In this document: positions 49,501 through 61,767 of the stretch, piece by piece
Layout: each line of letters opens with the position of its first letter
Position numbering within the stretch: position 1 is the stretch's first letter
Assembly (NCBI GenBank): GCA_963727915.1
Contig: CAVSID010000001.1
Location: forward strand, 124,954 to 188,953
Length of the DNA stretch: 64,000 bases
Origin: an uncultured Chloroflexia bacterium
GTDB taxonomy: Bacteria > Chloroflexota > Anaerolineae > Anaerolineales > E44-bin32
Reading direction: 5' to 3'
Made by a program: the position numbers and the translations under genes
Notes under the pieces: model-generated
What the model was told of the DNA's origin: nothing
Seen by the model: the letters and a program-made list of their open reading frames with translations, nothing else
The model's database searches: none

Positions 49501-52041
49501 ATGACAATGCAATCTCGTCGCCGGTTGATGGTCGGGCTGTCCGTCATCGCCGTGCTGGCGATCATCTTGGGCGGGCTTGGATGGATGGCCGTCCAGAGAT
49601 CGATGCCGGTCGTGCAGGGGAACCTGACTGTGCCCGGTTTGCACGGACAAGTCGACGTCTTCCGCGACGCCTATGGCATTCCCGAACATCTACGCCTCCG
49701 ACGAGCATGACCTTTTCATGGCACAAGGGTACATCCACGCCCAGGACCGTTTCTGGCAGATGGACTTCTGGCGTCACGTTGGGTGCCGGCCGCCTGGCGG
49801 AGATGTTCGGCGCATCACAGGTTGACACCGACAAGTTCCTCCGCACCTTGGGCTGGGAACGCGTTGCCCAGCAAGAACTGGACCAGATCGATCCCGACAC
49901 ACTGGCCATCCTTCAGGCCTACACCGATGGCGTCAACGCCTACTTGGCCGACCATAAGGGCACGTCACTTTCCGTTGAGTACGGGATTTTGAAGCTGCTC
50001 AGTCCCAGCTACCAACCAGCTCCCTGGTCACCGATCAACACGCTGACGTGGGCCAAGGCAATGGCCTGGGATCTGGGCGGGAACATGGACGGCGAAATCG
50101 AGCGGGCCCAGCTTCTTGAAGACTCTGTCGCCAGCCCAGATCAATCAACTCTACCCCCCATATCCCGCCGATCACCCCACCATCGTCAAGGACTTTGGTT
50201 CGGCCAGCGCCCAGGTGCCGGAAGCTCAGTCCAGCGCCATCCTCCAATCCGAACCGGCGCTGGATGCGCTTTCTGGGCAGGTTACCCGCCTCAACACGCT
50301 TGCTCGGCGGCGGCCTCCCGGGAATCGGATCAAATAACTGGGTGATTGGCGGGCAGCGAACCCAAACCGGCCAGCCCATCCTGGCCAACGATCCCCATCT
50401 CGGCATTCAGCTGCCTTCGATCTGGTACCAGATCGGCCTGCACTGCCGCACGGTTGAACTCCAGCTGCCGTTACGATGTCGGTGGCTTCTCGTTCGCCGG
50501 GGCGCCGGGGGTAATCATCGGGCACAATGGCCACATCGCATGGGGCCTGACCAACGTCGGCCCGGACGTACAGGACCTGTTCATCGAGAAGGTCAACCCG
50601 AACAACCCCGACCAGTATGAGTTCAACGGTCAGTGGCAGGACATGACGGTCGTGCACGAGACGATTCGGGTGGCCGGCGGCCAGGACGTCGACCTCGCAG
50701 TCCGCTACACCCGCCATGGCCCAATCGTCAGTACAACTTACGGCAAGCTCGAGAATTTCACCGACAACGCCGGCATCGACCTGCCTGAGCCCTACGCCTT
50801 GTCACTTCAGTGGACGGCACTGCAACCTTCAAGGGTGTTCTCAGCGGTGTTGGAATATGACCGCGCCACCGATTGGACATCCTTCCGCGATGCGCTCCGG
50901 GATTTCGCCGTCCCATCCCAAAACTTCGTCTACGCTGACACACAGGGTAACATCGGCTACCAGATGCCCGGCAGCGTGCCTGTCCGCGCCAATGGCAACG
51001 GTTGGCTCCCTTCTCCCGGCTGGACGGCAGATTTTGACTGGACCGGGATGATCCCCTTCGATCAACTTCCCACAGCCTTCAACCCGAGCGACGGCTATAT
51101 TGCCACGGCCAACAACGCCGTGGTCGGGCAGCGGCTACCCCGATTTCATCAGCCGGGATTGGGACTACGGCTACCGGGCCGCCCGCATCGTGCAGATGAT
51201 CGAGGCCACACCCAAACTCTCTCTTCAGGACATCCAGGCCATCCAGGGGGACGATTTTGACGCCGGCGCTGCGATCACCTTGCCCTACCTGTCGAAGCTT
51301 CAGTTCGACGATCCCGTGGTAAGCCAAGCCCTGGCTAGTCTCATGAGCTGGGATCAGCAGGACAGGCTGGACTCCGGCCCGGCGGCGGTCTTCAACCTAT
51401 TCTGGCGCCAATTGATCCTCCAGACATTCTCTGATGAACTGCCAGACGGACCGCTTCCGGATGGTTCGCGAGCGTTCACGATCTTCACAAGCCTGCTGGC
51501 GACGCCCAAGAGTCCCTGGTGGGACGATCACACGACCGACGCCGTGGAAACCCGAGACGAAATCCTGCGCTCCGCCTTCACGCAGGCCATCAACGACGGA
51601 AAATCTCTCATGGGATCGGACCCTGCCAGCTGGCGCTGGGGCGACCTCCACACGGCAACCTTCCGCAACCAGAGCCTGGGCGAGTCCGGTGTACCGCCCA
51701 TCGAAGTCCTCCTGAATCGCGGTCCGTTCGCTGTCAGCGGGGGAACCTCGATCGTCAATGCCACTGCCTGGAAGGTGGACGAGGGATTCGAGGTTTCCTC
51801 CCTGCCTTCGATGCGCATCATCAACGATTTGGCGCATTGGGACGACACGGTGTGGATTCACACCACAGGCGAGTCCGGCCACGCCTTCAATCCGCACAAC
51901 ATCGATCAGACCGATGCCTGGCGGCAAATCGAATATCTGCCGATGACCTGGTCTGAAACGGCGGTGGTATCGGCGGCCGCCGATCACCTTTCGCTCAATC
52001 CGGTGAGCAGATACCAGCCCTGGAGGCGTTCCGACGAGGGC
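49501..52041 (+). CDS. Penicillin-acylase / Ntn-hydrolase family protein (S45) with N-terminal TM anchor. At least 6 frame breaks, and the natural stop is not identifiable.
   Basis: [25 protein letters not shown]. Re-framing gives [29 protein letters not shown], then [11 protein letters not shown] (Ser nucleophile context), [37 protein letters not shown] and ATANN. Breaks lie near 49690, 49786, 50112, 50300, 50455 and 51125. Confidence 0.85.
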
Positions 52042-53355
52042 ATGAACGATCTCACCATCCGGCCCACTCCTGATCGGCATCTGGAACGGCTGAGCCTGCA
52101 AGCTGAAGCGCTGCGCGGGGAGCTGGACGCCTTCGTCCGAGCTCAGCACGTTGAGGCTCCGCAGAACATCCTAACGTCGCTGACCCAGATGTCCCACCTG
52201 CTTAGAGGTATCCAGGGAGAGGTCGCCCGGGGGGAACAACAACGAGGCAACCTGCTGGCCCTGGCCGAGATCAGCAGGATGGTCAACTCCTCGCTCGACC
52301 TGCAGACGGTGCTGCGCGAGGTGATGGACACCATCATCCGGCTAACGGGTGCAGACCGCGGCTTCCTGATGTTGAAGGACGAGACGGGAGAGCTTCAGAC
52401 TGCGCGTCGGCACGCAATTGGGAGCGGGCCTCCCTGAAGCCACAGGAGATCCACGTCAGCCGAACGGTGGTCGATTGGGTTGTGGCCCATGCCACCCCCA
52501 TTCTTACGACCAATGCCCTGGATGACCCTCGTTTCTCAGCGCAAGAGAGCGTGGTTGCCTACGCCCTGCGATCCATCCTTTGCGTGCCGTTGAAGGCCAA
52601 GGACCGCCTGATCGGCGTTCTCTACGCCGATAGCCGACTGAAAGAAGGATTGTTCAACGAGGAAGACCGGACACTCCTGACTCTGTTTGCGCACCAAGCG
52701 GCTGTGGCCATCGAGAATGCGCGCCTTTTCAATGCCCTGGCGGAGGCCTACGATCAGACCCTCGACGCGCTCGTTGCTGCGCTTGACACCCGCGACCGCG
52801 GAGACCGAGGGCCATTCCCAACGAGTGGTCCGCTTCGCCATGCTCATCGCCGCCCACCTGGCATATCCCGACAGCGACCTGAATGACCTGCAGCGAGGCG
52901 CCCTGCTCCACGACATTGGCAAGATCGGCATTCCGGATGCTATCCTGCGCAAACCGGGAGCCTTGGATGACGATGAATGGGAAGTCATGCGCAAGCATCC
53001 GGAATTCGGTCGGCGCATGTTGGCCGGCATTCCATTCCTCAACCGGCCACTCGATGTGATCTATACCCACCAAGAGCGCTATGATGGCACGGGCTATCCT
53101 CAGGGCCTGGCTGGCGAGGTGATCCCGCTCGGCTCGCGGATTTTCGCTGTTGCGGACACATTCGATGCCATTACTTCCGATCGGCCGTATCGCAAAGCCC
53201 AGTCCCTGGAAGTCGCCCGCCAAGTCATCCGAGACAACAGCGGCACGCAGTTCGACCCCAAGGTCGTGGACGCCTTCTTGTCCCTTCCCGACAAAGTACT
53301 AGTCGCCGAAATGCAAAACTCCCGCCAGCAACCAAGCGGCGGGAGCGATCAATAG
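52042..53355 (+). CDS. GAF-domain / HD-GYP-domain signalling phosphodiesterase-like protein (frame breaks near 52405 and 52800)
   Basis: The GAF domain reads LLALAEISRMVNSSLDLQTVLREVMDTIIRLTGADRGFLML...ILCVPLKAKDRLIGVLYAD. The HD-GYP domain reads GHSQRVVRFA...LLHDIGKIGIPD...HQERYDGTGYPQGL. Confidence 0.8.
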
Positions 53356-53421
53356 CGGCGGCAGGTTGCCCGCCGGTCTGCCGGGGTCAGACGTCTTTGT
53401 GATCAGCCTGGCTCGAACCCG

Positions 53422-53631
53422 TCAGTAGGGCCAGATCTTCTGCGTCACCAGGAGCACCATCAACCCCATCACGATCACGGCGAGTAACAAGAGAACCGAC
53501 AGCAGTAGGCGCTGCCCGGCAGTCATTCCGAACATCCGCTTCTGCAACGTGGGTTCATTGTAATTGTCGAAGGATTTCTCCTCGTAGGGAGATTCCTCCT
53601 GGTCGCTTAGATTTCGAAGATCATCATACAT
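53422..53631 (-). CDS. Small single-TM protein (69 aa), unknown function
   Basis: It has an acidic N-terminus, then LLLSVLLLLAVIVMGLMVLLV. The coding assignment is by ORF shape only. Confidence 0.45.
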   Translation of the reverse strand: MYDDLRNLSDQEESPYEEKSFDNYNEPTLQKRMFGMTAGQRLLLSVLLLLAVIVMGLMVLLVTQKIWPY

Positions 53632-53688
53632 CTTGAGCTCCTCCCCTCTTAGGGGTGCGCCTCATCGAACCAGTCTAAACCAGTCGCC

Positions 53689-54474
53689 CTAGCTGTCAAT
53701 CGGCCTCAGAGAGGCGCCTTCGCCGCCGATTTGGGTTGGGCCGGAGCTTTGGACGTCGACCTCAACAAACCCCCTCGAAGTCAAGCCCACCAACACCCCC
53801 TCGACCGCTCCGGATGGGACCTCAACCCGCACTTTCTCACCTTTGAACGCCAGGTGCTCTTGCCAGGCTTGGAGCAATGCCGGTGAGCCAACATCACGCA
53901 CCCCCGACGCCAGATTGGCGAGGATAGCGATCAACAGCTGGTGGCGATCGACCTTGGCATCGAGCTCAGCTTCGAGGCATGTCGCCGGGAAGGCAGTCCT
54001 GCTCAAATCGGGGACCGACTCCGGGCGAACGTTGACCCCCACGCCTACCACGACACAATCAAGGGCGTCGCCCTGCCAGGCGGCCTCGGTAAGAATCCCG
54101 GCTACTTTGGCGTTGTTGATCAAGACATCGTTCGGCCACTTGATCTCTGCTCGGCCGCCCAGTTCTTCGATGGCCCTTACCACGGCAAGCGCCCCGAGGG
54201 CGTTCATCCCGCCAATCTGATCGGGCGCGAGGCCGTCGGGCCGCAGGACCAGGCTGAAGGCGATGGCAGTGTGAGGCGGCGTCGACCACTGATTCTGCCC
54301 TCGGCCACGCCCAGCGGTCTGTTCGTCGGCCACCACCAAGGTACCGTGGGGGGCACCTTGCTCGCCCAGTTCGCGCGCATACTCGCTCGTGGAGCCAATG
54401 GTGCTAAAAAAGTACAGCGGCTCCCCGAGCCCGTCGACGGGCAATCCGGCACGCAGTCTCTCAACGGTCAACAT
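53689..54474 (-). CDS. birA: Biotin--[acetyl-CoA-carboxylase] ligase
   Basis: STSEYARELG...VVADEQTAGRGRGQNQWSTPP...KWPNDVL. The ATG at 54474 lies 6 nt after a TACAAT box, so the mRNA may be leaderless. The track start at 54513 is the alternative. Confidence 0.85.
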   Translation of the reverse strand: MLTVERLRAGLPVDGLGEPLYFFSTIGSTSEYARELGEQGAPHGTLVVADEQTAGRGRGQNQWSTPPHTAIAFSLVLRPDGLAPDQIGGMNALGALAVVRAIEELGGRAEIKWPNDVLINNAKVAGILTEAAWQGDALDCVVVGVGVNVRPESVPDLSRTAFPATCLEAELDAKVDRHQLLIAILANLASGVRDVGSPALLQAWQEHLAFKGEKVRVEVPSGAVEGVLVGLTSRGFVEVDVQSSGPTQIGGEGASLRPIDS

Positions 54475-54529
54475 GATCGCATTGTAGCTTGGGTGCAATC
54501 CCCGTGCCATCAAGCAGGAGGACCTTGTA

Positions 54530-54538
54530 TGTTAGAAT
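54530..54538 (+). promoter_or_regulatory. Extended -10 element TGtTAGAAT upstream of the HIT gene
   Basis: Seen in sequence 14 nt upstream of the ATG at 54552. Confidence 0.4.
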
Positions 54539-54551
54539 CTGGAAACCGACC

Positions 54552-55025
54552 ATGAAGCATGTCTGGGCGCCCTGGCGAATGGCCTATATCGAGGACAACT
54601 CCAAGAGCAATGGCTGCGTTTTTTGCAGTGCTTTGAGCCAATCCGACGGCCCGGGCAATCTGATCCTCCACCGCGGCGACAAGGCATTCATCATCCTGAA
54701 CCGCTACCCGTATACCAGTGGGCATGTCATGGTTGTTCCCCTCGTCCACGAGCCAACCCTGGAACGGCTTGATGATGCAACACTGATCGAGCTGATGCAC
54801 CTATCCAATATGGCGCTGGCGCGCATCCGCCAAGCCTACCAGACCCAGGATTTCAATCTGGGGATCAACATTGGCCAGGCCGCCGGCGCCGGGATCGTGG
54901 GGCATGTTCACATCCACATCGTGCCCCGCTGGAATGGGGACACGAACTTCATGTCGACCACATCGGACACACGCGTGCTCCCCGAGTTCCTCGAGGAGAC
55001 CTATGCCCGGCTCAGCCAGGGTTAG
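54552..55025 (+). CDS. HIT-family nucleotide hydrolase/phosphorylase (Ap4A-phosphorylase-like)
   Basis: MKHVWAPWRMAYI...CVFC...NRYPYTSGHVMVVP...GAGIVGHVHIHIVPRW carries the histidine triad. Confidence 0.8.
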   Translation: MKHVWAPWRMAYIEDNSKSNGCVFCSALSQSDGPGNLILHRGDKAFIILNRYPYTSGHVMVVPLVHEPTLERLDDATLIELMHLSNMALARIRQAYQTQDFNLGINIGQAAGAGIVGHVHIHIVPRWNGDTNFMSTTSDTRVLPEFLEETYARLSQG

Positions 55026-55086
55026 GGTTGTTCGCCAGACCTGCCGGCCCGCCCTTGGCGCCTGATCCGCGGCATGGAGAGAATCC

Positions 55087-56295
<1,209 letters not shown>

Positions 56296-56345
56296 GACGC
56301 CTCCCCACCAACCCCCCACCACGATTTAACCAGGAGCCGCTCTCA

Positions 56346-57194
56346 ATGGATATCAAGAAGATTCTCGTCGTCGGTGCAGGCACCATGGGCAACGGAATCG
56401 CCCAGACCGCCGCCGTCTCAGGCTACCAGGTCACCATGACTGATGTGGACGATGACGCCGTCGCCCGCGGGCAGAAGACCATCGCCAAATCGGTTGCCAA
56501 GCTGGCCGAGAAGGGCGCTATCACCGACGAGCAGAAAGAAGCCGCCTTGAGCGTCGCCACGGCGCTCGACTTTGAGGCCGCCCGTGACGCCGATCTCGTG
56601 GTCGAGGCGGCCACCGAACACCCGACGCTCAAACTTGACCTTTTCGCTCAGCTGGACAAGTTGGCTCCGGAGGAAACCATCCTGGCGTCCAACACCTCCT
56701 CGATCTCCTTGACTCGGATCGCCGCCGCCACCAAGCGACCCGATCGCGTCGTGGGGATGCACTTCTTCAACCCTGTGCCTCTGATGCGCCTGCTTGAGGT
56801 TGTGCGCGGCCTGGCCACTTCCGACCAGACGGCCGAGGCGGCTACCGAGGTCGGTCGGCGAATGGGCAAAGAGCCTGTGAAGGCCGCCAATTCACCGGGC
56901 TTTATCTCCAACCGCATCTTGTGCCCGATGATCAACGAAGCCGTCTTTGTGCTCCAAGATGGGGTCGGCACCCCGGAGGCGATTGACACAGTCATGAAGC
57001 TGGGCATGAACCACCCAATGGGACCCCTGACGCTGTGTGATCTGATTGGTCTGGATGTGGTTCTGTATGTGATGGAGGTCCTCCAGCGAGATCTGGGCGA
57101 AGACAAATACCGCCCGGCGCCGTTGCTTCGCAAGATGGTCGACGCCGGCTATTTGGGCCGCAAATCGGGCCGGGGCTTCTACACCTACAGCTAG
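56346..57194 (+). CDS. hbd: 3-hydroxybutyryl-CoA dehydrogenase
   Basis: [15 protein letters not shown]...[10 protein letters not shown]...[16 protein letters not shown]...GFISNRIL. Confidence 0.9.
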   Translation: MDIKKILVVGAGTMGNGIAQTAAVSGYQVTMTDVDDDAVARGQKTIAKSVAKLAEKGAITDEQKEAALSVATALDFEAARDADLVVEAATEHPTLKLDLFAQLDKLAPEETILASNTSSISLTRIAAATKRPDRVVGMHFFNPVPLMRLLEVVRGLATSDQTAEAATEVGRRMGKEPVKAANSPGFISNRILCPMINEAVFVLQDGVGTPEAIDTVMKLGMNHPMGPLTLCDLIGLDVVLYVMEVLQRDLGEDKYRPAPLLRKMVDAGYLGRKSGRGFYTYS

Positions 57195-57323
57195 CTCCGG
57201 GCCCGCCGTCAAGCCCTGCAGAATCTAAGCGCCACCGACCGTTTCTGGCTCGACCAAGGTCCTGTACAATGTTCGGGTTATCGGCGGTAGTCCGTTTATG
57301 AAATTTCTCACAAAGAGGTAATC

Positions 57324-58710
57324 ATGCGACTCAGACTTTGGCTGACGGTGGGTATGCTCGTTGCGGTTGGGTTGGCTTGCGCCCTGCCCAGCGCCACGCC
57401 TACAGCCAACACGCAGGCGCTCGCCACCGGCGTGTCGGCCACCCTCACGGCCCTCGCGCCTGGCCCGAAGACCCCCGACCAAGAAACGCCAGCTCAGCCA
57501 CTGACCGAGCCGACAGAGGCCGCGCCAACCGCTACTCCGACCCCGGCAGAGCCCTTCGGCCCGCCATCCGCCTTGGTCGTCGTGTACACCGACTCCGGTA
57601 ATGCGTGGCTTATCGACGGCGATTCTGCTGCCGTCCAGCTCACCAACAGCGGTCAGGCCTACAAGGTTCTGATTTCGAGCGATGGCGAGCGCGTCGTCTA
57701 TCTACAGCGCCCGCCCAACCAGTCGGTTCCATCCGAGGTACGCGTTGTCCACAGCGATGGCTCGAACGATGCGGTGCTTCTGACACCCCAGCAGTGGGAT
57801 GGCCTCTACCCACTTCAGGATTTCGAGCACAACGACGTCTCTCAGATGGCCTTCATCCCCGGAACCCACCGCCTGCTGATGAACACCAGAGCCACCGCCA
57901 ATGGCCCGGGGCTGTTCAAGTACAACGATTTGCTGCAGTTGAACGTCGATAGCGGCCAGTTGACCACCGTCTTTGCCCCCGGTGCGGGCGGCGATTTCAC
58001 CCTCTCCCCGGACGGCACCCGAGTGGCGATCGTGCAGCCGGAATCGATCAGCTTGTCTGCCGTGGATGGCACTGAGCTGCACTCGAACGTCATCGGCTAC
58101 CAGGCGGTGACGACCTACAGCGAGTATCAGTACTATGCCCAGCCGATTTGGCGACCGGATTCCTCCGGTTTCGGCGTGGCCCTTCCCTCGGCGGATCCGC
58201 TGGCGCCAAGAACCAGCGGCACGATGTGGTCCGTCTCAGTGCCCGATGGCACGGCCACCCAGCTGGGGCAGATCAGTGGGGATTTCTTCTTCATCCAGTC
58301 CGGTGCTGGCCCCAGCCTGTCGCCCAACCTCAGACTGGGTCGGGTTTCTGCGGCCGGGTGCCTCCAGCAGCGCCCCACCCAACTTGGTCTTGGCGCACCC
58401 CGACGGCTCGGCGCTGGCCACCTACGACCAGGGCCAGATCAGGTGGGAAGGATGGTCCCCCAACGCCGTCCGATTCGCTTATGGCTCGGGCGGTCCATTC
58501 CAGCTTCACATTGGGGTGCCGGAGGCTCCCGGCTTGCCAATGGGCCAGGGCACCGACCTGCGCTGGCTGAACGACGACCAATTCCTCTATCTTGAGGGAT
58601 CGACGGGGAATTGGACGCTGGCACGGTTCGAGGGCGGTCCTGTGCCAAAGACGCTGGCCACACCAGGCGGCGACTTCGTCAGTTACGATTTCGCCCCGCC
58701 AGCCCCTTAG
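57324..58710 (+). CDS. Secreted/lipoprotein-like protein with a Thr/Pro-rich linker and beta-propeller-like repeats. Frame break near 58335.
   Basis: MRLRLWLTVGMLVAVGLAC..., a TP-rich linker, and segments such as ISSDGERVVY and LSPDGTRVAI. The C-terminus continues in ORF 58135..58710 (LAHPDGSALATY...WSPNAVRFAY). Confidence 0.65.
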
Positions 58711-58728
58711 CTGTCCGGCTCCGCTGCT

Positions 58729-59226
58729 TCATCCCGCGCGTGCCACGCCATGATTGCCAGACGTTCCCGGCCCCTGCGCGAGCCGGATGAACACATCCGC
58801 CAAGCCCCGAATTCTCCGGAAGTACGGAGGTAGGCTATCTGACCGGGTCATGTCTACGAAGCCGAACCGCTCGTAGAAGGGAGCCAGTCCTGAGCGGCAG
58901 GTCAACCACAGTGGCCTCCCGCCCTCGACTTGGAGTTTGGCGATCAGCGCCGCCGCCACGCCCTGCTCACGCCATGGCGGCAGGACCACCAGCGACGCTA
59001 GTTCCCGGCTGCCGTCGCCGTGGGGCTTGACCTGACCGCAGGCGATGACTTCCCCGTCAGCCATCTCAGCCAACCAGAAATGCCGCCAGTTTAGGCTGAG
59101 CGGATTGAGGTGTTCATTCCGAATGAAGGACGTGATCAGGGATTGATCTTCTTCGCGGGCCGGCCGCAGCCCGAATCCGGGACCGGCCAGAGGATGGGTG
59201 ACTCTCGACACCGGTGGAGATGTCAT
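58729..59226 (-). CDS. GNAT-family N-acetyltransferase
   Basis: LASLVVLPPWREQGVAAALIAKL...FYERFGF is the acetyl-CoA binding motif A. It overlaps gatB by 4 nt. Confidence 0.75.
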   Translation of the reverse strand: MTSPPVSRVTHPLAGPGFGLRPAREEDQSLITSFIRNEHLNPLSLNWRHFWLAEMADGEVIACGQVKPHGDGSRELASLVVLPPWREQGVAAALIAKLQVEGGRPLWLTCRSGLAPFYERFGFVDMTRSDSLPPYFRRIRGLADVFIRLAQGPGTSGNHGVARAG

Positions 59227-60665
59227 TCAGTAAGCAAGTCCTGGAGGACCTTCTTGACCGCCTGCGGGTTTGCCTTTCCCTGAGTTTCTCGCATCACCTG
59301 ACCCACAAACCACCCGATGACGGTCGCCTTACCGCTCTTGTATGTGGCCACCTGTTCGGGATTGGCTCTCACGATTTCTGCCGCAATGCGTCCGAGCGCC
59401 GCCTCGTCCGAAACTTGCGCCAGCCCCTCGGCTTCCACGATATCCTGCGGGGATCGTCCGCTCTCATCAACCCTCTCCAGTAGTTCCTTGCCGGTGTTGG
59501 TCGTAATGTCTCCGCGTTCCACCATGCCCACGATCTGCGCCAGGTGCTCTGGTTTCATGGCCAGATCGGCTGCTGCGCCGTGCCGTTCACGGATCAGGCG
59601 CAACACGTCATTCATCAGCCAGTTGGAGATGGCCTTGGCGTCGACGTCCGCGGCAGCAACAGCGATTTCAAAATACTCGGAAAGGCTGCGCTCTTCGGTC
59701 AAGATTTCGGCGTCGTACTCGGGCAGGCCGTACTGCTCAGTGAACCTCGTTCGCCGAGCCAAGGGGAGCTCAGGAAGGCCGGCCAGGATGTCTGCTTTCC
59801 AAGTATCGGATAGGACAATGGGGAGCAGATCGGGCTCGCGAAAGTAGCGATAATCCGCCTCTGTTTCCTTCGACCTCATCTTGTGCAGGGTGCCAGTATC
59901 TTCGTCCCAGTTGAGGGTCCATGCTTGGACCATCCCGCCCTGACTTACCTCTCGAATCTGCCTTTCAATCTCGGTTTGGATGGCTTGGCGAACAGCCTCG
60001 ATCGAGTTGACGTTCTTGATTTCCGTTTTGGGATTCAGGCCTGTCGACCCTACCTCGCGTATCGAAACATTGGCGTCGCAGCGTAGCTGGCCCTTCTCCA
60101 TATCGCCTTCGGAGACCCCCAGCCAGCGCAGCAGCTGCCGCAGCCGGATTAGGTAATGTGCCGCTTGATCCGCTGAACGAAGATCGGGTTCGGTGACCAT
60201 TTCAACCAGCGGGACTCCGCAGCGGTTGAAATCGATCAGCCGCCGGTCCTTCTCCCGGATGGTCTTGCCGGCGTCCTCTTCCAGGTGCAGCTTGGCAATC
60301 CGCACCTGCAGGGAGAGGCCGTCTTCCAGCGGCAGGATCATCTCCCCGCCCCTCGCCAGAGGCTCGTCGTACTGGCTGATCTGATAGCCCTTGGGCAGAT
60401 CGGGGTAGAAGTAGTTCTTCCGCGCGAAGTAGGAGACGGGCTGGATCGATTCGGCTTGCATGGCGGCGGCCAGAAGAACCGCTTTCTCCACGGCGGCCGA
60501 ATTCAGCGTCGGAAGCACTCCGGGGAGTCCGCAGCACACTGGGCAGATGTTGGTGTTGGGCGGCTCCCCCCACAAATCGGCCTTGCACGCGCAGAAGATC
60601 TTGCTGTCGGTGTTGAGCTGGATGTGAGTTTCCAGGCCGATGACGGCTTCAAAGTCAGGCATCAA
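59223..60665 (-). CDS. gatB: Asp-tRNA(Asn)/Glu-tRNA(Gln) amidotransferase subunit B
   Basis: FEAVIGLETHIQLNT.SKIFC...CPVCCGLPGVLP...RKNYFYPDLPKGYQISQ...CDANVS...NSI. Confidence 0.95.
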   Translation of the reverse strand: MMPDFEAVIGLETHIQLNTDSKIFCACKADLWGEPPNTNICPVCCGLPGVLPTLNSAAVEKAVLLAAAMQAESIQPVSYFARKNYFYPDLPKGYQISQYDEPLARGGEMILPLEDGLSLQVRIAKLHLEEDAGKTIREKDRRLIDFNRCGVPLVEMVTEPDLRSADQAAHYLIRLRQLLRWLGVSEGDMEKGQLRCDANVSIREVGSTGLNPKTEIKNVNSIEAVRQAIQTEIERQIREVSQGGMVQAWTLNWDEDTGTLHKMRSKETEADYRYFREPDLLPIVLSDTWKADILAGLPELPLARRTRFTEQYGLPEYDAEILTEERSLSEYFEIAVAAADVDAKAISNWLMNDVLRLIRERHGAAADLAMKPEHLAQIVGMVERGDITTNTGKELLERVDESGRSPQDIVEAEGLAQVSDEAALGRIAAEIVRANPEQVATYKSGKATVIGWFVGQVMRETQGKANPQAVKKVLQDLLTE

Positions 60666-60744
60666 TCCCTGGTCCTGATGGCGATGCTGGCGCGGCGGTG
60701 ATATTGGTCACGCCGCCGTCGTGCCGGAGGCATGCTGGCTGACA

Positions 60745-60780
60745 TGCAAAACACGGCCACATTATACCTATGGCCGTGTT
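60745..60780 (-). terminator. Probable terminator after the cytochrome oxidase operon
   Basis: The reverse strand reads AACACGGCCA-uagguauaaug-UGGCCGUGUU followed by UUGCAUGU. The loop contains TATAAT, which could double as a gatB -10 box. Confidence 0.55.
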
Positions 60781-60826
60781 CAGGTGAGGTCTCGCATCGG
60801 CCCGCCAACAGCACGGGCGGCGACGG

Positions 60827-61123
60827 CTAGGGGACCGGGGGAAGCGGCACGCGGGTGACGAAGTCCCCGACGGTCAGGATGATTAGGAACGACAACCACA
60901 AGAAGCCGGCGCCGGCCACCATCCATGTCAGGCGATTGCTGCCCTTCAAGTGCATGAAGAAGATCATGACGATCAGGGCCTTGGCGATCGCCACCACCAC
61001 GGCCACCGTAGCCCTCCAGGTGCCCACGTCAATGAAGGAGCCCCAAACAGTCAGGGCCAGCAAAACCATCAGCCCCAAAAAGGCGAGGATCAACGTTCGG
61101 ATGGAAGAGGTCTCTTGGCTCAT
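60827..61123 (-). CDS. Cytochrome c oxidase subunit IV-like small membrane subunit
   Basis: 98 aa with 3 hydrophobic helices. It sits immediately (ATGA overlap) after subunit III. Confidence 0.65.
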   Translation of the reverse strand: MSQETSSIRTLILAFLGLMVLLALTVWGSFIDVGTWRATVAVVVAIAKALIVMIFFMHLKGSNRLTWMVAGAGFLWLSFLIILTVGDFVTRVPLPPVP

Positions 61124-61767
61124 CAGCTTCTATCTATCAGGTAGAGGAGCGGGAACAAGAAGATCCACACAATGTCGACGAAGTGCCAGTACAGACCGAT
61201 CAACTCGACCGGGGTGTGTTTCAGTGACGTGAACCTGCCCCGCCAGCCAAAAACGGCCAACGCCATCACGAGCCCAATGCCGACCACAAGGTGAAAGGCG
61301 TGGAGGGCGGTCATTACAAAGTACATTCGGAGAAACAACCCCACCTGCACGGGCATGCCTGCCGGTAGACTAAAACCCAGTCCCGGGAGCAAGTGCTCGG
61401 TGTACTTGTGGTAGTACTCGAACCCCTTCACGCCCAAGAAGAGCGTCCCGAGAGAAGCCGTCATGAGCAGGAAGAAGACCATTGTGCGGCGATTGCCCAA
61501 CTTCGCTGCGTGCAGCGCCAGAGCCATCGTCAGACTGCTTCCCAGCAGCACTGCCGTGTTCAGCGTTCCCAAGTTGAGATCCAGGATCCGGCTGCCGGCG
61601 TCCCAGGCACCGGGGAAGATCACCCGATAGATGGTGTAGACCGAGAAGAGCCCACCGAAGAAGAGTACCTCCGTGGCCAGGAAGACCCACATCCCCATGG
61701 TCTCGGCATCGTGCTCCTGCTCGAGGGTGGAGAAATGGTGGGCGACCAGCGATTGACTTTCAGCCAT
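61123..61767 (-). CDS. ctaE: Cytochrome c oxidase subunit III
   Basis: [41 protein letters not shown]...[17 protein letters not shown]. Confidence 0.9.
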   Translation of the reverse strand: MAESQSLVAHHFSTLEQEHDAETMGMWVFLATEVLFFGGLFSVYTIYRVIFPGAWDAGSRILDLNLGTLNTAVLLGSSLTMALALHAAKLGNRRTMVFFLLMTASLGTLFLGVKGFEYYHKYTEHLLPGLGFSLPAGMPVQVGLFLRMYFVMTALHAFHLVVGIGLVMALAVFGWRGRFTSLKHTPVELIGLYWHFVDIVWIFLFPLLYLIDRS

